A stretch of DNA of 64,000 nt. Source: Bacteroidetes bacterium HGW-Bacteroidetes-6. Lineage in GTDB: Bacteria; Bacteroidota; Bacteroidia; Bacteroidales; DTU049. Each line of letters opens with the position of its first letter. Position 1 is the stretch's first letter. This document shows, in pieces, positions 18,609 through 26,576 of this stretch. Location of the stretch: positions 636-64,635 of the forward strand of contig PHDB01000014.1 in NCBI GenBank assembly GCA_002842495.1. The letters run 5' to 3'. Below the pieces are notes generated by a model, which was given only the letters and a program-made list of their open reading frames with translations, ran no database searches and was not told the DNA's origin. The translations under genes were made by a program, and so were the position numbers.

Positions 18609-19883
18609 ATGAAAACATTCATTTCTCTCATCGGAATATTTTTAATTTGTGCCAGTTTGTTTGCGCAAAGCCCACAATCGTTTAACTATCAGGCTGTTTT
18701 GCGCGATAACGGAGGACTTGCTATTTCGAATCAATTGGTTGACATGCGATTCACCATTTTGCAGGGAACACCTGCTGTCAACTCCTTGTACAGCGAAACT
18801 CAAACACTCAACACCAATGTAAACGGACTCATTAGCACCGCTATTGGCAACGGAATGCCTGTTTCGGGCAATTTTGCCAACATCGACTGGAGTGTTGGTC
18901 CGTTTTTTATCAAAGTTGAACTTGATGCTGACAACAGTGGAACATTTATTGAGATGGGAACTTCTCAATTACTAAGTGTTCCTTTTGCTCTTTATGCCGA
19001 AAAAGCAGGCAACAGTTTCAGTGGCGATTACAACGACCTAAGCAACAAACCACAAAATGTAAGCACTTTTTCGAACGATGCCGGGTACATCACTGCGGAA
19101 GTAGATGGTTCTGTTACCAACGAAATTCAAATATTGAGTATTAGCCACGATACCATTTTTCTGACCGGGGGTGGCTTTGCAAAACTCCCGGCTGGTTTCG
19201 ACGGCGATTACAACAGTCTTATAAATAAACCTGACTTCACAGGCTGGGATACCGATGCAAGCAACGATTTCGACGGACAGTATAGTAGTCTCACAGGTAA
19301 ACCTTCCAATGTAAGCTCATTTGTTAATGATGCCGGATATATTACCGCAGAAGTTGATGGATCTACTACCAACGAAATACAGACATTAAGTGTAAGTAAA
19401 GATAGTATTCAGCTTTCAAGTGCCAATAAGGTGAAACTTCCCGGAGTTCTTGTGTCGGAATTGTATGTTCCAACAATTTTTTTGGCAAACATTCATTCAA
19501 CCGCCGATGAACAATATTTTAAACTTGGCGATATTGGTACTTTCACCAAACAAAACGATGAAACCATTCTTGAACTCATTTTTAACGGGCATACATTGGT
19601 ATCTAGTTATGTTGGTTGCAATCAAGTTGTTTTTGAAATCAGGATTGATAATCAGGCTGCTACGGGGCATAGTATGCAGTTTCCCAGTTTTTCACCAAAT
19701 ACAGCCTTTTCGATGCAATATGTTACAGGTTTTTTCTCTGGAATCAGCAGTGGAACTCATACAATAAGTGTATGGGCAAGCACATTGTTCGCTGGAAGCG
19801 ATGCAAATGGAGTTCATGTTAATCCTGGAGGCTTCTCACAACTACGCATGATGATTAAAGAATATTACGGCACTCACCTATAA
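18609..19883 (+). CDS. Secreted fibre-like protein: shared N-terminal module, GDYNxLxNKP / EVDGSxTNEIQ repeats and an unassigned beta-rich C-terminal domain
   Basis: Start set at the ATG at 18609 (MKTFISLIGIFLICASLFAQ signal peptide). The N-terminal 112 aa after the signal are 61/112 identical to the 16341 protein in my ungapped hand alignment. Confidence 0.75.
   Translation: MKTFISLIGIFLICASLFAQSPQSFNYQAVLRDNGGLAISNQLVDMRFTILQGTPAVNSLYSETQTLNTNVNGLISTAIGNGMPVSGNFANIDWSVGPFFIKVELDADNSGTFIEMGTSQLLSVPFALYAEKAGNSFSGDYNDLSNKPQNVSTFSNDAGYITAEVDGSVTNEIQILSISHDTIFLTGGGFAKLPAGFDGDYNSLINKPDFTGWDTDASNDFDGQYSSLTGKPSNVSSFVNDAGYITAEVDGSTTNEIQTLSVSKDSIQLSSANKVKLPGVLVSELYVPTIFLANIHSTADEQYFKLGDIGTFTKQNDETILELIFNGHTLVSSYVGCNQVVFEIRIDNQAATGHSMQFPSFSPNTAFSMQYVTGFFSGISSGTHTISVWASTLFAGSDANGVHVNPGGFSQLRMMIKEYYGTHL
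19020..19442 (+). repeat. Two 171-nt (57-codon) intragenic repeat copies, at 19020-19190 and 19272-19442
   Basis: SGDYNDLSNKPQNVSTFSNDAGYITAEVDGSVTNEIQILS.. versus DGQYSSLTGKPSNVSSFVNDAGYITAEVDGSTTNEIQTLS..; 36/57 residues identical by hand count. Confidence 0.85.
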
Positions 19884-19904
19884 AAAGATTGGTTTTTAAA
19901 TTCA

Positions 19905-19969
19905 GCTTCTCCTTCTGTTCGGTTATAAATGGTTTTGCGACCCCACCGGACAGGGGAGAAGCATTTTTT
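19905..19969 (+). terminator. Long-stem rho-independent terminator of the fibre locus
   Basis: gcttctcc..ctgttcgg pairs with ccggacag..ggagaagc (two 8-bp helices), followed by attttttc. The T-run abuts the stop of the convergent Omp85 gene. Confidence 0.7.
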
Positions 19970-22497
19970 CAGAACGGGTAACCAATACCAAAGCTAAAAT
20001 TGGTGCGTTTCAAAAAATGATTGAAGCCAACCCAGTGCGAGTTTTCGGCTAAAGCAGGATTAACAATTGGGAAAGCACCGTCGATTCTGAAAATAAAGAA
20101 ATCAAAATCCATTCGTAAGCCAAACCCAGGACCAACAGCTATTTGTTTGTAAAAACGACCAAATTTGAAAACACCGCCGGGAAATTCTTCACTTTGATAT
20201 GTTGTCCACACATTTCCTGCGTCCACAAAAAGAGCCCCTTTGAACCAGCTGAAAATGGGAAACCGATACTCTAAATTTAATACCAAACTGATATCGCCCA
20301 TGCGATCAAAAAAAGTAGAATCGTTGTAAATACCGGGTCCCAACGAACGAAATTTCCAAGCTCTGATATCGTTTGACCCGGAAGCTGAGTAGCTTTTTTC
20401 GAATGGTAGTAAAACACTATTTCCGTAAGGAAGTCCAGCTCCGATGAAAACACGTCCAACCAAAGTGTTTTCGGCTTTTAATGGAATATAGTGCCGGTAA
20501 TCGAAATCAACTTTAAAGAACTGAGAGTAATTGATTCCCAAAACCCGGTAAACCTCACCTTGTGTAGCCATATTGAAACCATTGCCCAACCAAAGCGAAA
20601 AGCCGGCTTGCTCTACATTCAGTTTTCGATAGAAGTAGGGCTTGTTTTTTCGTGTGGTTTGTGTGTTTTTAAGTAATGTAAAGCCGCAACCCGGAATAAA
20701 GTGGTCTTCGTAGCTGTAGCGAATCGTACGCGAAAACTGCGAAATGCGAATGGCAAACAACGAATCGGGCATAATTCTAACCAGATTGATGGGAAAATAG
20801 ACCTGCACTGTTTGTGTGGTCGATTCACGCCATTCGAGTGTGGCTTTCAATTGGCTGATATAGCGTTGGTAATCGGGTCGAAACTGATAATTGAATCCGG
20901 CGGAATAACGCATTACCGGTCGGCTACTTTGTGTGAACCAATTGTTGCTTACAGGCCGGCTAAGCGTAGCCTCGGTACTTATTTCGGCCGAGTTGAAGGG
21001 CAAGCCATTAATCACATCTTGATTGTTACTGAAAACCGATTTCTGAAGCTCCAATCCCCCTTTCATTTTAAGGTTGAACTGCTCGGCGCCTTCGAACAGG
21101 TTTTTGTTTTTGTAAACAATATTTCCGGCTGTTCCAAGGTTACCCGAAGAATTCGTGCCCTCAAGTTCTACATTTATTGATTGCACGGGCGACATACTGA
21201 GCTCGATATATGAATCCATCAAAACCATTTTCTGGGTCGGATTGGTAATGGAATCGGGCTGAAAACGAATGTTAATGTACTTGAAAACATTAAGGTTGCT
21301 TAGCTCGGCCTGTGTTCGATTGGCATCGGATAGGTTAAACCACGATCCTGGTCTGAAAAAAATCTTCCGGGAAATGGTTTTGGGTTTAACACGCAGTTTT
21401 CCGAAATGAACAAAAGTAATGGTGTCGAAATCGGTTTTGTTACGGTGTGGTTTTATATATATTGTGGTGTCAGCTACCGTATTTTCGTTTCCGGTAATCG
21501 AATAGTCAGAAAGCACATAAATGTTTCTGATTTGATAGCGACGGTGATCGTAAAACTGAATCGAATCGCGTCCGTCGTGTTTGATGTAGTAAGGGCGGTT
21601 CACAATGAGTTTAATATCGAGCATCTTATTGCCAATCGTGGAATCGATTTCGTATCGAATATATGATTTGCTGAAAGCGTAGTAACCCAGATTTTTCAAG
21701 TCGTCGTTGATTCGCATGCGTTCGTTGTCGAGTAAATCTTCGTTGTAAATACTTCCCGGACCAATCAGCGCATTTTTCTTTCCTGCAAGCAAATAAGCTT
21801 TTATACTCGGATCGCTGGTTACATACTCCATCTTGTTGATGACGTATGGTGTTCCGGCATTGACAAGGTATGTAACTTGGGCTTTTCGGTGTTTTCGTTT
21901 ATATTTAACCGAATCGCTTACGACAGCATTGAAATAGCCGTGATTTTTGCAATAAAGCTGCATTTGTTTTACGCTTTGCTCGGTCAGTAGAGAATCGTAG
22001 AACACCGGTTCTTCGCCAACCGTATTCATCAATCCATATCGAAAACCGCGCTTCGATTTTGCCAGTTCTTCAGCTTCGTTAATGTCGAGTTTTTCCTTTT
22101 TTTTCTGGTATTTTAGTTCGACGGCGTTTTTCTTGTCTTGTTTTGCTGCTTCAACTTTAAGTTTACCCCTGGCTATTATTTTCTTTTGTTTTTCTTTCTT
22201 TTTGGCAATTTTCTTTCTGATTTTTTTTTCTTTAATGGCAGAGCGGTCTTTCATTGAAGCTCCAATATTGTAAACTGTTGTGTGAAAACGAAAGGCATAC
22301 AGAATCTTTCGGTTTTCTTTTTGTTTAATAAGACCCCACAAATCGTAATAATCGAGTTCGTTATTGTCGGTCGAAAGCTTGGTTTTGGTCAGAAATGTTT
22401 TGTCCGGATTCCGGCGAATAGTACTACATCCCGGAAACAGAATCGTTGCCGCAAACACTAATGTAAAAGCAATATGTTTAATGTTGCCTTTATTCAT
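19969..22497 (-). CDS. Omp85-superfamily outer-membrane protein with an N-terminal lipobox (TamL-like) and a Lys-rich linker
   Basis: MNKGNIKHIAFTLVFAATILFPGCS lipoprotein signal. Omp85 barrel motifs SGSNDIRAWKFRSLGPG and ALFVDAGNVW. C-terminal ..GIGYPF. Start set at the ATG at 22497. Confidence 0.8.
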   Translation of the reverse strand: MNKGNIKHIAFTLVFAATILFPGCSTIRRNPDKTFLTKTKLSTDNNELDYYDLWGLIKQKENRKILYAFRFHTTVYNIGASMKDRSAIKEKKIRKKIAKKKEKQKKIIARGKLKVEAAKQDKKNAVELKYQKKKEKLDINEAEELAKSKRGFRYGLMNTVGEEPVFYDSLLTEQSVKQMQLYCKNHGYFNAVVSDSVKYKRKHRKAQVTYLVNAGTPYVINKMEYVTSDPSIKAYLLAGKKNALIGPGSIYNEDLLDNERMRINDDLKNLGYYAFSKSYIRYEIDSTIGNKMLDIKLIVNRPYYIKHDGRDSIQFYDHRRYQIRNIYVLSDYSITGNENTVADTTIYIKPHRNKTDFDTITFVHFGKLRVKPKTISRKIFFRPGSWFNLSDANRTQAELSNLNVFKYINIRFQPDSITNPTQKMVLMDSYIELSMSPVQSINVELEGTNSSGNLGTAGNIVYKNKNLFEGAEQFNLKMKGGLELQKSVFSNNQDVINGLPFNSAEISTEATLSRPVSNNWFTQSSRPVMRYSAGFNYQFRPDYQRYISQLKATLEWRESTTQTVQVYFPINLVRIMPDSLFAIRISQFSRTIRYSYEDHFIPGCGFTLLKNTQTTRKNKPYFYRKLNVEQAGFSLWLGNGFNMATQGEVYRVLGINYSQFFKVDFDYRHYIPLKAENTLVGRVFIGAGLPYGNSVLLPFEKSYSASGSNDIRAWKFRSLGPGIYNDSTFFDRMGDISLVLNLEYRFPIFSWFKGALFVDAGNVWTTYQSEEFPGGVFKFGRFYKQIAVGPGFGLRMDFDFFIFRIDGAFPIVNPALAENSHWVGFNHFLKRTNFSFGIGYPF

Positions 22498-23734
22498 ACC
22501 TGAGCGATTCGATGGGATCGAGTCTGGCGGCACGCATTGCCGGAAGCAAACCCGACATTACACCTACCACAAAAGTAATAAAAAACCCAAGTAAAACCCA
22601 GCCCCAGGGAATGACAAACGAAGTGTTGAGAAGAAGACTGATCAGATTTCCGGCAAGAACACCCAGAAAAATACCCAAAAACCCGCCAAGCTGCCCAATT
22701 ACAATACTTTCAACCAAAAACTGGTTGCGAATGGCAATACTTGTAGCTCCCATTGCTTTTCGAACTCCAATTTCGCGGGTACGTTCCGAAACGCTTACCA
22801 ACATGATATTCATTAACCCGATGGAAGCTCCGATGAGAGTGATGAGACCAATCAATGTAGCCGCCAGTGTTACGTAACGAATATTTTCCAAAAGCATGTT
22901 GACAAGATTGTCACTTTTTCTAATGTCGAAATTATCGCTTTGGCCTACATTGAGCTTGCGAATTGTTCTGAATAAACCAGTTGCTTCACCAATAGCTGTT
23001 TCGAGCTGCTTTGGGTCGGATGGCATTACATTTATTCGGAACGAAACGGGAACCTGATTGAAATATCGGCGCACCGTTGTTACTGGAACCAAACACGATT
23101 TGTCGCCCGAAAAGCCAAAACTACTTCCCTTGCTTTTCAGAACACCAATCACAGTAAAGCGCATAGGCCCAATGCCAATTTGTTTGTCAACCGGGCTTTC
23201 TCCTGTTGGGAAAAGCAATTCTTTAATTTCAGATCCGATAATGGTTATATTGCGCCCACGTTGAATTTCCTGTTGCGAAAAATTGCGCCCTAAGTCGACT
23301 TCCTGTCCGCCAGTAATCATGTAGTTTTCGTCGACACCCAACACTGCAATATTTGGATTTGTTTTTTCGGTTCCAGAGCGCAGTGTCGCAGTGTTTGTGG
23401 CGAATGTATAGATTGAAACATCTGCCGGAAAACGATATCGTTTTTTGAATTCACTGGCCTGATACCAGTTGATTCGTTCGTATTCTATCCTGTTACCATG
23501 ACCCCCGCCCACACTGCCACGCATTTGAATATCGGAAATAGTAAACGTATTGCTTCCCATTTGGGTAAAGCTGCTGCTCAACGAAGACTTAATCGATTCA
23601 ATAGCAGTTAGAATACTGATTAGTGCCATAATCCCAAAAGCAATAATCAAAATGGTAAGCACAGTACGGAGCAGGTGACTTCGAATCGACCGTAATGCTA
23701 TATTCAGGCTTTCGCCAAGGACTTTTAAATTCAT
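22490..23734 (-). CDS. MacB/LolE-type ABC transporter permease (FtsX family)
   Basis: TM1, then a periplasmic domain of about 240 aa, then three C-terminal TMs with a REIGVRKAMGAT motif. It overlaps both neighbouring genes. Confidence 0.85.
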   Translation of the reverse strand: MNLKVLGESLNIALRSIRSHLLRTVLTILIIAFGIMALISILTAIESIKSSLSSSFTQMGSNTFTISDIQMRGSVGGGHGNRIEYERINWYQASEFKKRYRFPADVSIYTFATNTATLRSGTEKTNPNIAVLGVDENYMITGGQEVDLGRNFSQQEIQRGRNITIIGSEIKELLFPTGESPVDKQIGIGPMRFTVIGVLKSKGSSFGFSGDKSCLVPVTTVRRYFNQVPVSFRINVMPSDPKQLETAIGEATGLFRTIRKLNVGQSDNFDIRKSDNLVNMLLENIRYVTLAATLIGLITLIGASIGLMNIMLVSVSERTREIGVRKAMGATSIAIRNQFLVESIVIGQLGGFLGIFLGVLAGNLISLLLNTSFVIPWGWVLLGFFITFVVGVMSGLLPAMRAARLDPIESLRYE

Positions 23735-24195
23735 TGAACCAAATTAAAGCGTGCTAATATTCCAAAAATAAAAGCCCAGCCGGTAACAGATATGCAAAAA
23801 TAAACAATTATATGTTTCTGTTTATTGTACCAGCGCTGTGCAAAAAATGCAGTTAGAGGAATTGATAGAATGACCGGTCCCGGAATAAGTAGTAGCAGGA
23901 GACCTGTTTTGTGAATTTTTCTGAGGGTGTTGCGGTTTTTTACAAACCACTTAAATCGCTTTTGACTATTGCGGGTTGCTATCATTTTTCTGAACAGTGT
24001 AATGAGCACATCGGAAAAATAATAGAAAGCAAAAAATCCAGAAACACCTCCAATAGCCAGACAAATTGAAATTTCCCAATAATTGAATCCACTGGCCAGT
24101 GCGGCAGGCCCGGCAAACACAAAACGATAAGTACTGATTGCTATGACATACAAGTACTCAAATGCAGAGTTAGCAAAACCTGTAATGTACAACAT
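23731..24195 (-). CDS. Small 4-TM membrane protein, function unknown
   Basis: Four hydrophobic segments. The stop overlaps the permease start as ATGA. Confidence 0.55.
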   Translation of the reverse strand: MLYITGFANSAFEYLYVIAISTYRFVFAGPAALASGFNYWEISICLAIGGVSGFFAFYYFSDVLITLFRKMIATRNSQKRFKWFVKNRNTLRKIHKTGLLLLLIPGPVILSIPLTAFFAQRWYNKQKHIIVYFCISVTGWAFIFGILARFNLVQ

Positions 24196-24206
24196 AGCTT
24201 TTCCTG

Positions 24207-24857
24207 TTATTCTTTGCGGCCAAAAGCAAGATCACCGGCATCGCCTAACCCCGGAACAATATAAGCTTGTGCTGTCAGTTCTTCGTCGATAGCGGCAGCC
24301 CAAATATGCAATTTACGATGAGGAAGATGCTTGCGTACATATTCAACTCCTTGTGTGCTGGCAATAACAGTGGCGACGTGTATTTCGGATGGTGTTCCAA
24401 ACTGCAGCAGTTCTTTTATTGATAACACCAGTGAAGAACCCGTCGCCAGCATTGGGTCGGCAACAATGAGCACTTTTCCGTCAATATCGGGACAGCTCAC
24501 ATACTCCACCTGAATGGTGAAACGACCATCTTTATGGTGCTTGCGGAAAGCCGAAATAAATGCACTTGGCGACTGGTCGAAAAAGTTAAGTATTCCTTGG
24601 TGAAAAGGCAATCCGGCCCGAAGAATAGTAGCCAGAACAGGCCATGTTCCAACAACAGATACATCGATAGCACCCAGCGGAGTGGTAACTTCGCGTTTCG
24701 AAAATTCAAGTTTTTTGCTGATTTCGTAAGCGAAAATTTCACCCAATCGTTCCATATTACGTCTAAAGCGCATACTGTCGGCCTGAATAGACTCATCGCG
24801 GAGTTCGCTTACAAAATGATTGATGATTGAATTCTCTTTCCCAAGATCGTGTACCAT
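24207..24857 (-). CDS. upp: Uracil phosphoribosyltransferase
   Basis: LRDESIQADSMRFRRNMERLGEI, the PRPP-binding stretch VLIVADPMLATGSS and the C-terminal YIVPGLGDAGD. Confidence 0.93.
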   Translation of the reverse strand: MVHDLGKENSIINHFVSELRDESIQADSMRFRRNMERLGEIFAYEISKKLEFSKREVTTPLGAIDVSVVGTWPVLATILRAGLPFHQGILNFFDQSPSAFISAFRKHHKDGRFTIQVEYVSCPDIDGKVLIVADPMLATGSSLVLSIKELLQFGTPSEIHVATVIASTQGVEYVRKHLPHRKLHIWAAAIDEELTAQAYIVPGLGDAGDLAFGRKE

Positions 24858-24904
24858 AGCGCTGAGGTTATTAATGCGATAAAAGTAATAAATAAAAACA
24901 ACAA

Positions 24905-24950
24905 ACGAAAAACCATTACCGGAGTGTCTTTTTGGGCAATAAGTGGTTTT
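24905..24950 (-). terminator. Hairpin plus T-run downstream of the M20 peptidase gene
   Basis: aaaaaccatta .. taagtggtttt arms with one bulge. On the minus strand they are followed by tttttcgtttg. The loop is long, so confidence is moderate. Confidence 0.4.
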
Positions 24951-26312
24951 TTACTTGCTGAATTGATCGTAAAAATGAACAATGGCTTCAATTCCGTTAA
25001 GGAAATTGGTCACTGGGAAATTTTCGTTAGGCGAATGAATAGCATCCGACTCAAGTCCAAAACCCATGAGCAATGATTTTATTCCAAGAATTTCTTCGAA
25101 AGTGGAAATGATAGGAATACTTCCACCGCTGCGGGTTGGAACGGGCACTTTCCCAAAAACTTCTGTTAGTGCTCTCTCAGCGGCCTTGTATGCAGGAACT
25201 TCAATGGGCATGACATAAGCCTGACCTCCATGAAGAATATCAACCTTCACTTTGACGTAAGGAGGAGCAATGCTTATGAGATGGTTTTGAATCAATTTTG
25301 CAATTTTATGGTTATCCTGATGAGGAACCAATCGCGACGAAATTTTAGCATAGGCTTTCGAAGGTAATACGGTTTTACTTCCTTCGCCTGTGTAACCACC
25401 CCAGATACCACACAAATCAAGTGTTGGGCGAATTCCGGTTCTTTCAACGCTGGTGTAACCTTCTTCACCAAAGACTTCTTCGACATCGATGGCTTTTTTA
25501 TACTCGTTCAGGTCGAATGGAGCCTTATTTAAGGCAATGCGCTCGGCTTCCGAAACCACATCAACATCATCATAAAAGTTTGGAATGGTTATTTTTCCTT
25601 TTTCATCGGTGAGTGAAGCCATCATTTTTGATAAAACATTGAGAGGGTTGGCAACAGCTCCCCCAAACAGACCCGAATGCAAGTCGCGGTTGGGTCCGGT
25701 TACTTCAATCTGTAGATAAGTGAGTCCACGCAAACCAACAGTGATACTGGGAATATCGGAAGCAATCATACCCGTGTCGCTCACAAGAATGATATCGCCA
25801 TTCAGACGGTGTTTGTTTTGTTTACACCAATCGGACATAGAGGGACTACCTATTTCTTCTTCACCTTCAATCATGAATTTTACATTGCACTTAAGCAGGT
25901 TGTTTTTTACCAAATACTCAAAAGCTTTGGCGTGCATAAAGCCCTGTCCTTTATCGTCGTCGGCACCACGTCCCCAAATTTTTCCCTCACGAATAATCGG
26001 CTCAAACGGCTGAGAATTCCACAGGTTGAGAGGATCAACCGGCATTACGTCGTAGTGAGCATACACAATCACTGTTGGCAAAGAAGCATCGACTATTTTT
26101 TCACCATAAACAACAGGATTTCCTGCTGTTGGACAAATTTCGGCAAAATCGGCCCCAGCTTTCAGTATCGAATCTTTCCAGTATTCTGCCGCACGAATCA
26201 TGTCGTCTTTGTGGCTGCTTTCACTGCTAATACTGGGAATACGCAAAAGCCCAAACAATTCATCTAAAAATCGTTCTTTGTTGTTTTCGATGTAGTTTTT
26301 AATATCACTCAT
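24951..26312 (-). CDS. M20-family dipeptidase
   Basis: Motifs HYDVMP, GRGADDDKG and EGEEEIGS; 453 aa. Confidence 0.88.
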   Translation of the reverse strand: MSDIKNYIENNKERFLDELFGLLRIPSISSESSHKDDMIRAAEYWKDSILKAGADFAEICPTAGNPVVYGEKIVDASLPTVIVYAHYDVMPVDPLNLWNSQPFEPIIREGKIWGRGADDDKGQGFMHAKAFEYLVKNNLLKCNVKFMIEGEEEIGSPSMSDWCKQNKHRLNGDIILVSDTGMIASDIPSITVGLRGLTYLQIEVTGPNRDLHSGLFGGAVANPLNVLSKMMASLTDEKGKITIPNFYDDVDVVSEAERIALNKAPFDLNEYKKAIDVEEVFGEEGYTSVERTGIRPTLDLCGIWGGYTGEGSKTVLPSKAYAKISSRLVPHQDNHKIAKLIQNHLISIAPPYVKVKVDILHGGQAYVMPIEVPAYKAAERALTEVFGKVPVPTRSGGSIPIISTFEEILGIKSLLMGFGLESDAIHSPNENFPVTNFLNGIEAIVHFYDQFSK

Positions 26313-26548
26313 GGTTTTCGATGTTTTATAAGCAAAAATAGCATTTTTTCGCTTTTCGAAATTAAAAAGCCATGACCATTTGCAAAAAATAAGTAAAAAC
26401 TTAAGAGCAATGGTTTCTTGTTTGAAAAATCAAATTTTGTTTGTATATGAGTAATTTACAGGTTTTCTGGACATATGCAACAATTTGAAAAGAAGTCTCG
26501 TTTACATAAAAAGCTTAATATTAGTGCTTTCTATTAACTTTTTTGAAT

Positions 26549-26556
26549 TATCTTTG
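26549..26556 (+). promoter_or_regulatory. -7 box (TAtcTTTG)
   Basis: TAnnTTTG match 21 nt upstream of the ATG at 26577. Confidence 0.5.
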
Positions 26557-26576
26557 TCTAATAAAAAACTTGTTTT

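Noticed and set aside
16341-19883. Prophage or phage remnant as an explanation for the tail-fibre-like genes.
   Set aside because: There are no capsid, portal, terminase, baseplate, integrase or lysis genes within the window. Both fibre proteins carry Sec signal peptides and are flanked by housekeeping genes.
22082-22273. A 63-aa plus-strand ORF rich in Phe/Ser/Leu.
   Set aside because: It is the antisense reading of the Lys-rich (AAR-codon) linker of the Omp85 gene and is a compositional artefact.
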